DNA of 64,000 nt from Candidatus Sulfotelmatobacter sp. (GCA_035307485.1 DATGIB010000001.1:161165-225164), one strand, 5' to 3'. Shown: positions 1 to 10,032, counted from the stretch's first letter. The notes: generated by a model from the letters alone, not told the origin. Made by a program: numbers and translations.

Positions 1-1
1 C

Positions 2-196
2 CGTTCCGCAATTTTCTACCATTCGCCGGAGCAAAAGGCCGAGGCAGAATCATCGAAGCAGGCTCTCGAGCAAGCCCATCGCTACTCGAAGCCTATCGTT
101 ACGCAGATCGTCCCCGCCGTCGAGTTCTACCCCGCGGAAGACTATCACCAGCAGTATCTGGAAAAGCGTGGCCTGGCCACCTGCCACATTAAGTAG
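2..196 (+). CDS. msrA: peptide-methionine (S)-S-oxide reductase MsrA, C-terminal fragment (5' end outside window)
   Basis: Frame starting at nt 2 reads RSAIFYHSPEQK...VEFYPAEDYHQQYLEKRGLATCHIK*, the conserved MsrA C-terminus. Stop TAG at 194-196. Absent from the ORF track because there is no in-window start. Confidence 0.8.
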   Translation, partial: RSAIFYHSPEQKAEAESSKQALEQAHRYSKPIVTQIVPAVEFYPAEDYHQQYLEKRGLATCHIK

Positions 197-629
197 CCGT
201 CGGTTCCGCCGGCACGTTCGGTCGGAAGAACATCAGCAGTACGAACCCTCCGACGTAGAACAGCAGGCTCTGCTGCAGGCTGGAGCCTCGTAAACGAAGC
301 AGCAATCCGAAGATCGCGAGCGCATCGCACAGGGCATACGTGGCGATGTGCCCGGTCTTCCATTGACTCAGCGTCAACTCTTCTTCGCTCGAGCTACTGA
401 GGCTGGCAGTCGCTGGTAAAACCAGGGTCCGGCGGACCACGAAGATCGTTCCCACGATCCCCACCGCGAGGCTGCTCAAAATGTAGCTCAGGGTCTGGTC
501 AATTCTCGTCGCTCGGGGCGCGATCATCTCCCCCACAACAACGTAAAGGAGAATACTGGCCAGAAGGGCCCACTGAACCGCACGCAAAGTTTTCGAGGCG
601 CGCGACATTCTGCGCCCATTTTCCCGCAT
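189..629 (-). CDS. hypothetical integral membrane protein (about 4 TM segments)
   Basis: 146-aa ORF with alternating hydrophobic stretches (LLASILLYVVVG, LAVGIVGTIFVV, ALCDALAIFGLLL, FVLLMFF). No recognisable motif. Confidence 0.45.
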   Translation of the reverse strand: MRENGRRMSRASKTLRAVQWALLASILLYVVVGEMIAPRATRIDQTLSYILSSLAVGIVGTIFVVRRTLVLPATASLSSSSEEELTLSQWKTGHIATYALCDALAIFGLLLRLRGSSLQQSLLFYVGGFVLLMFFRPNVPAEPTAT

Positions 630-709
630 TTGCAGGGCAAAGAATGTAAATTTTCATTGCATTCCCGGCCGATGTCCAATCTTTAGTAACCTGCGATGGA
701 TGCTGGAAT

Positions 710-2089
710 TCAGTGGCCGTGACCGCTCGCCCCTTCCGGACGCAGCCGCAGAAATACCTGAAAAGAGACCGGTTGATCTCCATACGCCGCATCCAACACC
801 GACGGTTTCGAATAACAGGTAATATCGCCGCCGATTCCCAGCCTCCACCGCCGTTCGCGCACCACATCGCGCTCTCCCCCAAAGGTGTATGCGCCGATCC
901 GGTACGCAGGATGCACCGCCGCTTGCGGAAACAGTTCGTCTTTGTCGACGAGCTCGAGCCGCGAAAAGACATAATTCCGGTCGCGAAAATTTAGAGTCGA
1001 CTCCGCCAGGTAGCTGTTCAGATTCTCATTCGTGGCTATTTTGTGGACCCGTCCCCAGATCAGCGTCGTCGCCCAATTGCCACGCTCGATCGGACGGTTG
1101 TATTCGATCGACGCCGATTGCCGCCACTGGCTTCCCGGCTCCAGCGCCTCGGGGTGTTCCAATCGTCCGATCGAGTATTCCGCCGTCCAATTTCGAGTGG
1201 GAGCGACCAGCGCTCTTCCCGACCACGAATCCAGCGCCGCCAGTTGAATGCTCCAGCGCTGCTCATTCGGTTCGCGCCCGTTGAACGCGGATGCCTCCAG
1301 CTTCACCCGGTCGAGGATGAAACCGGTCGTCACGACACCGAAACTGGTGTGCGTCGAATCCTGCAAGTGATGCGCCAGGGGTGCCATCGGAAGTTCCGAC
1401 GCCGACGCCCGGTGCAGATACGTCGTTGGTCCCAGTGCGGGCTCGGCCGATGGCCCTCCGTAAAGCTCCCACGTAACTTTTTCTGTCAGCGGCAGCGTGT
1501 ACAGTGCGGCCAGTTCTGCAAACACGTTGTGCGGATGCTGATGATCGATCAGCGGCTCGCCATGATACGTCTCCCCCGTTTGAAACAACTCGGGAAACCC
1601 GGGATGCGGCGAGGTCAACGATTCGGCGGAAAACATCTGCCGGAAAAGAATGGTTCCAGCCCCCAGCTTGTGCTGCTCCATTAACATGCCCCAGTTCACC
1701 GACTCCGCTTTCCCTGCCCCGCGCGGACCGCCTTGCTGGTTGTAGTCAATGAAAATCGATCCGTGCGCCATCACCTCCCAACCGCCTCGCATCCACATCC
1801 ATTCCTTCAGCGGAACCGACGCAGGCTGCCAGCTCGTGCCCGACGAGGCATGAGGCGATGGTAGAAACGAAACGCCCTCACCCATCTGCATGTTGCCCAT
1901 CTGCATGTCGCCCATCGAGGGCTGCATCTCATCCCCAGAGTGGTGCGCGTCTGCCGGCGGTTTTTGCGATCCGGCATCTTCCTGGGCAAACATTCGCCCT
2001 ACCCACAGAAGCACTAAAAGAAAAAGAAGGACCGTCGCGATTTTCACCAGAACCTCATCCGCCGCAAAGCAGCGCAGACCACCGTGCAA
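710..2089 (-). CDS. secreted beta-barrel-like protein with N-terminal Met/His-rich motif (possible metal-related outer-membrane protein)
   Basis: 459-aa ORF. Signal-like N-terminus (IATVLLFLLVLLWVGRMFAQ), then HHSGDEMQPSMGDMQMGNMQMGEG. The rest is rich in alternating aromatic/polar strands. Confidence 0.55.
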   Translation of the reverse strand: MHGGLRCFAADEVLVKIATVLLFLLVLLWVGRMFAQEDAGSQKPPADAHHSGDEMQPSMGDMQMGNMQMGEGVSFLPSPHASSGTSWQPASVPLKEWMWMRGGWEVMAHGSIFIDYNQQGGPRGAGKAESVNWGMLMEQHKLGAGTILFRQMFSAESLTSPHPGFPELFQTGETYHGEPLIDHQHPHNVFAELAALYTLPLTEKVTWELYGGPSAEPALGPTTYLHRASASELPMAPLAHHLQDSTHTSFGVVTTGFILDRVKLEASAFNGREPNEQRWSIQLAALDSWSGRALVAPTRNWTAEYSIGRLEHPEALEPGSQWRQSASIEYNRPIERGNWATTLIWGRVHKIATNENLNSYLAESTLNFRDRNYVFSRLELVDKDELFPQAAVHPAYRIGAYTFGGERDVVRERRWRLGIGGDITCYSKPSVLDAAYGDQPVSFQVFLRLRPEGASGHGH

Positions 2090-2161
2090 CCGGCGGTATC
2101 CAAAAATAGGGCTTCTAGCGCCCGAAGGGACGCAGCATCACAATGTCGGAGGTGACGAAAA

Positions 2162-2491
2162 TCAGATTCGAAGAGGTACTAATCCTGGCGGGCCAATCGA
2201 GGAGGAAATCAAACGCGGAACCATGACAATCAATTTCGATGGAAAATCAAGACCGGAGGTACCCTCGCCGCAACTCACCACTCCCGCCCGCACCGAAAAT
2301 GCCGCGCTCGGATGTGCCACGTCGTGGCTGGTTGCGCAACACTCGTGATTCGCCGGAACTGGCGCAGATGGTGCCTGATCGTGGCACCTCGCCGGATGCG
2401 CCGGCTCCGTGACCACAAATCCGCGCGCGAATGGAGTCGCGGCTCCCCACGCCAGCAGCAGCAGAACGCAAACTTGCGCGCCACGGTTCAT
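2162..2491 (-). CDS. small secreted His/Cys-rich hypothetical protein
   Basis: 109-aa ORF with signal peptide MNRGAQVCVLLLLAWGAATPFARG and an ARCHD...PANHECCATSHDVAH segment. Lies directly upstream of the Met-rich barrel gene. The C-terminal half looks low-complexity, so the extent is uncertain. Confidence 0.35.
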   Translation of the reverse strand: MNRGAQVCVLLLLAWGAATPFARGFVVTEPAHPARCHDQAPSAPVPANHECCATSHDVAHPSAAFSVRAGVVSCGEGTSGLDFPSKLIVMVPRLISSSIGPPGLVPLRI

Positions 2492-2494
2492 TCG

Positions 2495-2938
2495 CTAAGT
2501 TCCCGTAATCTTGATCCGGATCTCTTCCGGCAGCCTTTGCCGGATCTCCTCCGGTAAACGGTCGTGCACGCGCCGCGCGCCTTCTTTCGCCGCGTCGAGC
2601 ACCGTTACTGGCGCCGGCGTAGCCACCGCCACTCCCAGCCAGATCAGCGCCGAAGATGCGAAGCCGGCCAGCGCCGCGATCTCCAGCCAGAACGCATGTC
2701 TGGGCCCAAAATGCCGGATCACCCCGAATGCCAGCAGGAAAACCCCCGCTGAAACCGACGCCAGGGCAATCAGGCCCACGTCAATCATGCGATGGATTTT
2801 TTGCCGGTCGCGGCACCGCGCGCACGCCGCAAGGTGGCTTTCATAGTCCTCGCGCATCTCCGGCGCCAACCCGGAGATGTCGTATCTCCAGCCCGCCAGA
2901 ATCTTTCCGACTATCGGGTCGATGCACTGCTGACTCAT
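2495..2938 (-). CDS. zf-HC2 (anti-sigma-like) membrane protein
   Basis: H-x3-C-x2-C motif (HLAACARC) in the N-terminal third, followed by 3 hydrophobic helices. The C-terminus has a duplicated LPEEIR(Q/I) peptide. Confidence 0.55.
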   Translation of the reverse strand: MSQQCIDPIVGKILAGWRYDISGLAPEMREDYESHLAACARCRDRQKIHRMIDVGLIALASVSAGVFLLAFGVIRHFGPRHAFWLEIAALAGFASSALIWLGVAVATPAPVTVLDAAKEGARRVHDRLPEEIRQRLPEEIRIKITGT

Positions 2939-2958
2939 GAATTTGAGGCGACGTCTGA

Positions 2959-3771
2959 CTACACGCGGATAGGCTGCAGGGGTTCGCTTTGTGATGCCAG
3001 AAGCAGGCGGTTCTGAAACAAGTTACCCCGAGCTGCAAGCGCCCTTTCTGCCCCTCTCCGCGCTATTTCCGGGTGATTGTTCTGATCAGAAAGATGCGCT
3101 AGCACCACAAACGTTGCATGATTATCATAATCGTTGGTGAAAAAATCGGCGAGCGCCTCGTTCGACAGGTGCCCCACCCGGCTCATCACCCGCTGCTTCA
3201 CCGACCACGGATACGGCCCTCCACGCAGCATTTCCAGGTCATGGTTCGATTCCATCACCAGCACGTCGCAACCGCGTAAATGGTCACGCACACTCACCGG
3301 CAGGTAACCCAGATCCGTCGCGATTCCTACCTTGATGCCTTCGGCGCGGAAGGTAAAGCCCACCGGGTCCGCCGCATCATGCGGAATCGTAAATGGCTGC
3401 ACCGCGATATCGCCGACCTGGAAGCTGCACCCGGCCTCGAACGGCTCGAGTTTCTCCACCTTCGGCCGCTCTCCGCTCTGGTTTCGGATCGCCCGCGCCC
3501 ACACCTGGTATGTAGCACCCGTCATGAATACCGGGATCTTCAGCTTCTTGGCCAGCGTTGCCAGCCCGTACACATGATCAGAGTGCTCGTGCGTAATCAG
3601 GATCGCGGAAAGCGAGCGAGGATCTTCTCCCAGCAGCTTCATCCGCTTGAATGTCTCGCGCCCCGAGATGCCCGCATCAACCAGGATCCTCGTGCGCGCG
3701 CTCGACACCAGCGCGCAATTGCCGCGGCTTCCCGAAGCTAGCATGGAGACACTCACACCCATTGCTCGCAA
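2959..3771 (-). CDS. MBL-fold metallo-hydrolase
   Basis: LASGSRGNC near the N-terminus and the THEHSDH (HxHxDH) metallo-beta-lactamase motif. 270 aa. Confidence 0.85.
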   Translation of the reverse strand: MRAMGVSVSMLASGSRGNCALVSSARTRILVDAGISGRETFKRMKLLGEDPRSLSAILITHEHSDHVYGLATLAKKLKIPVFMTGATYQVWARAIRNQSGERPKVEKLEPFEAGCSFQVGDIAVQPFTIPHDAADPVGFTFRAEGIKVGIATDLGYLPVSVRDHLRGCDVLVMESNHDLEMLRGGPYPWSVKQRVMSRVGHLSNEALADFFTNDYDNHATFVVLAHLSDQNNHPEIARRGAERALAARGNLFQNRLLLASQSEPLQPIRV

Positions 3772-3904
3772 GGATACGCGTGCTCGCTGTGGAATCGATA
3801 GTAACTTTCTGGTTAGCCGATACCCACGTGTAACGTCCGGCGTTCAGCTTCCGGCACCCGGCCCGAATTGAATCGCAAGCCGGGCGCCGGAAGCCTGTAG
3901 CCGT

Positions 3905-5008
3905 TTACTTCAACCCAACTCCGTAGAAATACGTGTAGCTCTGGTTCTGTTGCACCGGCAGCGCGGTCTGGAAACTCGAGAAGATCACCGCGTTCCCCTC
4001 GAACGACACATAGACATCCTGCTGCGAATTCGCGCTCGCGCTGCGGAACGTGAACATCCCGTACAGCGGGTCCGGCAGCGTGCTTGCGGTTCCGTCGTAG
4101 ATGTATGGCGTATCGGCAATTGCCGTCAGCGTGCCCGACGCCATCGTCTGATTCTGGCTGTCGGTAATGGTCACCGCGCCATTCCCGCCGATCACCACCG
4201 TCGCCTTGCCCTCGCCCGCCGTACCGCTTTCGAAGTTGTTCGCTCCCATCTGTGCGTTCACCTTCGTGTAGTAGATCGCCGTGTAGGTCCCGGCCTTCGA
4301 CGCGTCAAAGTCCTTCGACGCAGCCTTGGGTTCACTCAAGATCGTCCCGTTGCCCGTGTCCACCGCAAAAAAGCCATTCTGGGTTCCGAAAACGTATGAT
4401 TGCCCGCCGCCGCTTTCATCAATGACAAAGAAGTTCCCCGAAGCGTCCTCCACGACGCTCGATGCCGGAAAGTTTCCGCTGTTAAACATGCTCTGCTGCT
4501 CGATCACCCCGAACGGCCAGTATCCGGCATGCTGCACATTGCCCTGCGCGTCCACGGTTATGGTTCCAATATCGATGCCGCCAGTCGTCGTGCGCATCTG
4601 GACGTAGTTGAAGTTTTTCCCGGCAAACGTGTTGATGTTGGCAGGAGCGCTCTCGATCGCCGTGATCAGCGCGGCCGTGTCCCGGTTTGGCCCCGCGTTT
4701 GCCGCTTCCACCATCAGCACAGTTCCCGGCACTTCATATCCGGCGAGAAGGTTCCCGTCTGGATCGCTGATGGCATATGTCCCGTCCGCGTTCACCGTGT
4801 ACGGCACCGTGCCGCTCTCCCCGTTCGTGTAGTTCTTGTATGTAATCGTCTGCGCTGTGGAGTCGATAGAGATAGTAAGAAAATCTCCCACCGATGCGGT
4901 GCCGTTATAAGCGCGCACCGTGTTCGCCGGCGCGCCCAGCTTCGACGCCCCATCGCAACTCACCAGGAAACAGGCAATCCCCAACAACACCAATCTCGCA
5001 GTCTTCAT
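3905..5008 (-). CDS. hypothetical lipoprotein
   Basis: Lipobox MKTARLVLLGIACFLVSC. The 367-aa mature part is Gly/Thr/Asn-rich and beta-rich. Confidence 0.6.
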   Translation of the reverse strand: MKTARLVLLGIACFLVSCDGASKLGAPANTVRAYNGTASVGDFLTISIDSTAQTITYKNYTNGESGTVPYTVNADGTYAISDPDGNLLAGYEVPGTVLMVEAANAGPNRDTAALITAIESAPANINTFAGKNFNYVQMRTTTGGIDIGTITVDAQGNVQHAGYWPFGVIEQQSMFNSGNFPASSVVEDASGNFFVIDESGGGQSYVFGTQNGFFAVDTGNGTILSEPKAASKDFDASKAGTYTAIYYTKVNAQMGANNFESGTAGEGKATVVIGGNGAVTITDSQNQTMASGTLTAIADTPYIYDGTASTLPDPLYGMFTFRSASANSQQDVYVSFEGNAVIFSSFQTALPVQQNQSYTYFYGVGLK

Positions 5009-5118
5009 CAGAGAAACCCTCCCTGAGAGACAGCAATCGGCGGCGCCCGGGAAAGCTTGATGGTTCCGTGGCGCTGGCGCTTACCGTGGTAATTGGAGAT
5101 TAGGAGGGGCTCAGGAAA

Positions 5119-5225
5119 AAGTTTCAAGGTCGCAAAGTTTCAGGTTCCAGGGTCGCAAGGTTTCACGGTGTCTGCCCCTGCAGTCTCCGGAGCGAAGCCT
5201 TGAAACTTTAAAACCTTGAAACCTT
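5119..5225. repeat. cluster of direct and inverted GTTTCA/TGAAAC-containing repeats in an intergenic region
   Basis: AAGTTTCAAGG (5119-5129) is the exact reverse complement of CCTTGAAACTT (5198-5208). AAGGTTTCA (5157-5165) is the reverse complement of TGAAACCTT (5217-5225). GGTCGCAA[A/G]GTTTCA occurs twice in direct orientation (5128-5143, 5150-5165). Confidence 0.7.
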
Positions 5226-5230
5226 CCTTC

Positions 5231-5620
5231 TCACTTTCCCGCCCGCAGGTCATCGACAACGCGGCGCATCACCGCGCCACCATACGCTCCGGCAATCCCA
5301 GGCAGGAACGCCAGAAACGATCCGTAAATCTGCGCCCGCGTGGGCTTCACGGTGAGAACGAGATAGGCGACTAACTCGGTGAGCGGAACAAAAGCCCCGA
5401 CGGCGACGACCCAGCGCCACGGCCAGCGCGCCCGCAGCAGCCCGAGCAACATGCACGATGCCAGGACCAGCAATGCAGTAAACAGCAGATCGTCGATCGC
5501 AACATCCGCAATCCCGGTTCCAATGCCGCAGGCGGCAGCCAGGCAGTAGGGCCAAATGTCACTTCGCGTTGCATCCTGACCGCTCATCGGAGAAGGCGCG
5601 ACCTGCTGAGATGCGTTCAT
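5231..5620 (-). CDS. hypothetical membrane protein
   Basis: Start trimmed to MNASQQ (cat at 5618-5620) because the longer ORF would overlap hbd. Four hydrophobic segments. Confidence 0.45.
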   Translation of the reverse strand: MNASQQVAPSPMSGQDATRSDIWPYCLAAACGIGTGIADVAIDDLLFTALLVLASCMLLGLLRARWPWRWVVAVGAFVPLTELVAYLVLTVKPTRAQIYGSFLAFLPGIAGAYGGAVMRRVVDDLRAGK

Positions 5621-5657
5621 CCCACATTCAACATCGACAATCAGCGAACGGAAATCA

Positions 5658-6506
5658 TCAATACGTATAAAACCCTCGACCGCTCTTCCGCCCCAGCCAC
5701 CCCGCATCCACCATCTTGATCAGCAACGGGCATGGCCGATACTTGGGGTCTCCCAAACCCGAATGCAGCACGCGCATGATGTCGAGGCACACATCGAGCC
5801 CGATAAAATCCGCCAGGGTCAGCGGCCCCATGGGATGCGCCATCCCGAGCTTGAACACTTCATCCACCGCCTCCGGCGTTGCTACGCCTTCCATCACCGC
5901 GTACATTGCCTCGTTCAGGAGCGGCATTAACACGCGATTGGACACGAATCCGGGAGCGTCGTTCACCTCCACCGGCGTTTTTTCCAGCTTCACCGACAGG
6001 TCGCGCACCGCCGCAAACGTCTCATCCGAAGTCGCCAGCCCGCGAATCACCTCCACCAGTTTCATCACCGGCACGGGATTGAAGAAGTGCATGCCAATCA
6101 CTTTTTCCGGCCGCTTCGTCAACGCGGCAATTTTCGTGATCGAGATTGAGGACGTATTCGAAGCCAGAATGACCTCGGGGCGTGTGATCCGGTCGAGATC
6201 GCGAAAAATCTCTCCCTTGATCTCAAACTTTTCGGTCGCCGCCTCAATCACGAAGTCGCACTCGGCCAACTTCGCCCGGTCCGTCACCGGCTGGATGCGC
6301 GCCACCGCCGACGATTTATCTGCGGCGGTGATCTTGTTCTTTCCAACCTCGCGCTCCAGATTCTTGTCGATCGTCTGCAGCGCCCGATCCAGGAAACGCT
6401 GCTCCACGTCGCACAGCACGACATTCATTCCTGACCGCGCGAACACATGCGCGATCCCATTCCCCATCGTCCCGGCGCCGATTACTCCCACACGCTGAAT
6501 CTGCAT
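5658..6506 (-). CDS. hbd: 3-hydroxybutyryl-CoA dehydrogenase
   Basis: [23 protein letters not shown] Rossmann N-terminus. The 3-hydroxyacyl-CoA dehydrogenase body ([23 protein letters not shown]) and C-terminus ([11 protein letters not shown]) are both present. Confidence 0.9.
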   Translation of the reverse strand: MQIQRVGVIGAGTMGNGIAHVFARSGMNVVLCDVEQRFLDRALQTIDKNLEREVGKNKITAADKSSAVARIQPVTDRAKLAECDFVIEAATEKFEIKGEIFRDLDRITRPEVILASNTSSISITKIAALTKRPEKVIGMHFFNPVPVMKLVEVIRGLATSDETFAAVRDLSVKLEKTPVEVNDAPGFVSNRVLMPLLNEAMYAVMEGVATPEAVDEVFKLGMAHPMGPLTLADFIGLDVCLDIMRVLHSGLGDPKYRPCPLLIKMVDAGWLGRKSGRGFYTY

Positions 6507-7184
6507 AAGCTCCCCTGCCCAGAAAACGTCCGAGTCTAACATCCGCGCTCGCTACACCGATGCCGAAGAGCGGCCCTTCAGGGTCACGTTCCGGCGCCCC
6601 CACGGAACCGGGCTTCAGCCACGAGGGGCATTTCCCGAACCCGCCGCCACCCTGACTAAAAACGCCCCGCGGTCCGTCCGTGTGGATCAAAACTGCGCTC
6701 GATTTCCACAGGAAAAATCTCAACTCGTGTGACGCACAACCTTTACTGAGAATTCCAGAAAGCGAAAATAGAGGGTGCGCTCAAAAACCGCCATCCCGGG
6801 AGCGTCTTGGCAAATAACCATGAAGAGCCTTTCCCTAAATCGTCGCGATCTACCGATAACCTGCATGGGGAGGCAAAAATGTAAACGCAAATCCTTTGTT
6901 CTCAATACCTTGGCTACAACTTATTTAAATGCAATACTTTGCAAGGATTCATGCCGGGCGAAATCCGCCAACTCCTGGTTCATCAATACTTTGCGCGAAT
7001 CGATGATGAAAAAAAATTTCGTGCAGACGCGCCGAAGTCAAAACCCCTTCCGTATGTGTGCCAGGAACGGGGCCGCAAAGCTCGCGCTTCGACTGCCCTC
7101 GACGCTTGCAGAGATGGCGTCCCTACGAGGTGTAGACTGAATTCAGCCCTAATCTCATTCATTCGCTTCGAAAGGAACTCTCCC

Positions 7185-8777
7185 ATGGCAACGCTTGAAG
7201 CCCCCGTCCGGCCGCGTTCCGGACAGCACACCGGCCCGTTCGTCAACGAACCATTCTTCGACTTCCGCAATGAAGAAAATGCGCGCCGCATGCGCGCCGC
7301 AATCTCGAAAGTGCGCGCGCAACTCGGCCGCGAGTATGACCTCATCATCGGCGGCAAGCGCGTCAGGACCTCGGACAAGATCAAGTCACTCAATCCTGCC
7401 AAGCCGTCGGAGATCGTCGGCGTCCACCAGAAAGCGGGCAAAGAGCACGTCGAGCCCGCGATGAACGCCGCGCTGAAGGCCTTTGAATCCTGGAGCCGCA
7501 CCTCGGTCGAAGAACGCGCTGGCCTGGTGTTCCGCGCAGCCGACCTCATGCGCCAGCGCAAGATGGAATACATGGCGTGGCTCGTCTTCGAAGTCTCGAA
7601 GAATTGGGGCGAAGCCGACGCCGACATTTCCGAAACCATCGATTTCTGCGAGTTCTACGCGCGCGAGGCCCTGCGGCTCTCGAAAGCGCAAACACCGGTG
7701 CAGTTGCCCGGCGAGCGCGACACCCTGCGCTACATTCCGTTGGGCGTGGGCGCCGTCATTCCGCCGTGGAATTTCCCCTGCGCCATCATGGCCGGCATGA
7801 CGCTGGCCTCGATCGTCAGCGGCAACACCGTGATCCTCAAGCCTTCGAGCGACTCACCCACTATTGCCGCCCTGTTTGTCGAGCTTCTCGAAGAGTGTGG
7901 CATGCCTGAAGGTGTGGTGAATTTCTGTCCCGGCTCAGGCGCCACCTTCGGTGACGCCATCGTCGCCCATCCCAAGACTCGCTACATCGCCTTCACTGGA
8001 TCCCGCGAGGTCGGATTGCACATCAACAAATCCGCCGCGGAACAAGGCCCCGGGCAGATCTGGATCAAGCGCACCATCCTCGAGATGGGCGGCAAGGACG
8101 CCATCATCGTCGACGCCGACTCTGACATCGATTCCGCCGTGGAAGGCGTTGCCGCTTCCGCTTTCGGATTCCAGGGACAGAAGTGCTCGGCCTGTTCTCG
8201 CGCGATTGTTGACGAGCGCATCTACGACAAATTCCTCGAGCAGTTGAAGGCACGCGTCGAAAGAATCCATGTAGGCGATCCCGCCGAGAACGCCAACATG
8301 GGCGCTGTCATCAACGAAGGCTCGATAAAAACCATCCTGGGATACATTGAGCAGGGCAAAAAGGATGGACGCCTCATTACCGGCGGCGAGCGCGCCAGCG
8401 AAGCCGGCGAAGGCTATTTCCTCCGTCCCACGGTGATCGCCGATATTCCCCCCAGGTCGAAACTCGAGCAGGAAGAAATCTTCGGACCGGTGCTGGCCGT
8501 GATCAAGGCCCGCGGCTTCGATCATGCCCTCGAGATCGCCAATGACACGGAATTTGGTTTGACCGGCGCCGTCTATACGAAGTCGCGCGACAAGATCGAG
8601 CGGGCTATCCAGGAGTTCCACGTCGGTAACTTGTACATCAATCGCAAGTGCACCGGCGCAATGGTCGGCGCGCATCCTTTCGGCGGCTTCAACATGTCGG
8701 GCACGGATTCGAAGGGCGGCGGACCGGATTACCTGTATCTGTTCACGCAGGCCAAGTCGATCGGCGAGAAGGTCTAA
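7185..8777 (+). CDS. pruA: L-glutamate gamma-semialdehyde (1-pyrroline-5-carboxylate) dehydrogenase
   Basis: ALDH-family motifs LEMGGKDAIIV and FGFQGQKCSACSR. Overall RocA/PruA-like length from ATG 7185 (MATLEAPV). The 612-aa track ORF starting at 6939 is an upstream over-extension. Confidence 0.88.
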   Translation: MATLEAPVRPRSGQHTGPFVNEPFFDFRNEENARRMRAAISKVRAQLGREYDLIIGGKRVRTSDKIKSLNPAKPSEIVGVHQKAGKEHVEPAMNAALKAFESWSRTSVEERAGLVFRAADLMRQRKMEYMAWLVFEVSKNWGEADADISETIDFCEFYAREALRLSKAQTPVQLPGERDTLRYIPLGVGAVIPPWNFPCAIMAGMTLASIVSGNTVILKPSSDSPTIAALFVELLEECGMPEGVVNFCPGSGATFGDAIVAHPKTRYIAFTGSREVGLHINKSAAEQGPGQIWIKRTILEMGGKDAIIVDADSDIDSAVEGVAASAFGFQGQKCSACSRAIVDERIYDKFLEQLKARVERIHVGDPAENANMGAVINEGSIKTILGYIEQGKKDGRLITGGERASEAGEGYFLRPTVIADIPPRSKLEQEEIFGPVLAVIKARGFDHALEIANDTEFGLTGAVYTKSRDKIERAIQEFHVGNLYINRKCTGAMVGAHPFGGFNMSGTDSKGGGPDYLYLFTQAKSIGEKV

Positions 8778-8913
8778 AGAACGAGTCGCGGCGCGGACGC
8801 GTTCGTCCGCGGCTGATTTGGAAGGGCGCGGCTTTGAGCCGCGCCGTTCGGCATTACACAAAGTTTGACGGGGCTTGAGCCGCTGAGGGAATCTGGCCAC
8901 CACAACCACAGCA

Positions 8914-10026
8914 ATGGGCATCGCTGCCGCGGCTTCTCTTCTGGTCGCTGCGATGGCTTTTCCGCTGGCCGCCCCCGAAAACCTGAATCCTCTTCTCGAA
9001 CCGCTCCTCAAGAAATACGACCTGCCCGCGCTCGCCGGATCGATCGTGACCAGCAACGGCCTCGTCGCCGCCGGCGCCGTTGGAGTGCGCAAGTACGGGA
9101 CCGATACCCCCGTCACCCTCAACGACGAATTTCATCTCGGCTCCGACACCAAGGCGATGACCGCGACTCTTCTCGCCATGCTGGTTGAGGAGGGTAAGCT
9201 CTCATGGGACACAACGCTGGAACAAGTCTTCCCTGAGCTAGCGCCGACCATGAACCCTGCGTATCGAAAGGTCACGATCGAGCAGATGCTCGCCCACCGT
9301 GCCGGGTTCACCGAAGACAGTTGGCCCAAGGGCATGACTTTTGCAGAGGTTCACACCATTCCGGGTACACCACGCGAACAACGCGCGGCCTACGTCGCGA
9401 TGGTGCTCCGCGAGGTTCCGGCCTACACGCCGGGCAGCCAGTTCCTTTATTCGAATCGAAGCTACGCGGTCGGTGGTGTGATCGCAGAAAAAATCGCGAA
9501 TGATTCGTGGGAAAATCTGATGCAGAAGCGGATCTTCGATCCGCTCGGCATGCGAACCTGCGGGTTCGGCGCCATGGGTACTGCCGGCAAGATCGATCAG
9601 CCGTGGCAGCACAAGCTGCTGCTGACCTTTCACCGGCCGATCGAACCCGGCCCCAGAGCGGATAACCCTCCAGCGATCGGCCCAGCGGGAACGGTGCACT
9701 GCTCGATCGTGGATTGGGGAAAGTTCGTGACCGCGCACCTGCGCGGCGAGAAGGGCGAGCCCGGCATCCTGAAGCCAGAAACATTCAAGCGGCTGCACAC
9801 GGCACCCTACGGAGACTACGGATTCGGCTGGGTGCCCGCCGACCGTCCCTGGGCCGGCGGCCGCGCGCTCAATCACAACGGGAGCAACACACAGAACTAT
9901 GCCATCGTGTGGATGGCGCCCTTTAAAGATTTCGCCGTGCTCGTCGCTACCAACCAGGGCGATACGTTCGATGCTTGCGATGCGACGGCGTGGGCGCTGA
10001 TCCAGCACTTCACGCAGAGCAAGTGA
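8914..10026 (+). CDS. serine hydrolase, beta-lactamase (class C-like) family
   Basis: Signal-like N-terminus. S-x-x-K motif in HLGSDTKAMT, and YSN (Y-x-N) in FLYSNRSY. Confidence 0.8.
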   Translation: MGIAAAASLLVAAMAFPLAAPENLNPLLEPLLKKYDLPALAGSIVTSNGLVAAGAVGVRKYGTDTPVTLNDEFHLGSDTKAMTATLLAMLVEEGKLSWDTTLEQVFPELAPTMNPAYRKVTIEQMLAHRAGFTEDSWPKGMTFAEVHTIPGTPREQRAAYVAMVLREVPAYTPGSQFLYSNRSYAVGGVIAEKIANDSWENLMQKRIFDPLGMRTCGFGAMGTAGKIDQPWQHKLLLTFHRPIEPGPRADNPPAIGPAGTVHCSIVDWGKFVTAHLRGEKGEPGILKPETFKRLHTAPYGDYGFGWVPADRPWAGGRALNHNGSNTQNYAIVWMAPFKDFAVLVATNQGDTFDACDATAWALIQHFTQSK

Positions 10027-10032
10027 CTCGGT

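Noticed and set aside
6939-7184. Upstream 82 codons of the 612-aa track ORF for P5C dehydrogenase
   Set aside because: The sequence (MQGFMPGEIRQLLVHQYFARIDDEKK...) has no ALDH similarity and is AT-rich, promoter-like DNA. ATG 7185 gives a protein of normal RocA/PruA length.
6543-7184. Sigma-54 promoter or riboswitch in the AT-rich 640-nt region upstream of the P5C dehydrogenase gene
   Set aside because: There is no TGGCAC-N5-TTGC match with correct spacing, and I saw no recognisable riboswitch core. I left it unannotated.
8793-8845. Two GC-rich hairpins after the P5C dehydrogenase stop, considered as terminators
   Set aside because: The stems are good (GCGGACG/CGTCCGC and GGCGCGGC/GCCGCGCC), but neither is followed by a T-tract. 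They are not confidently intrinsic terminators.
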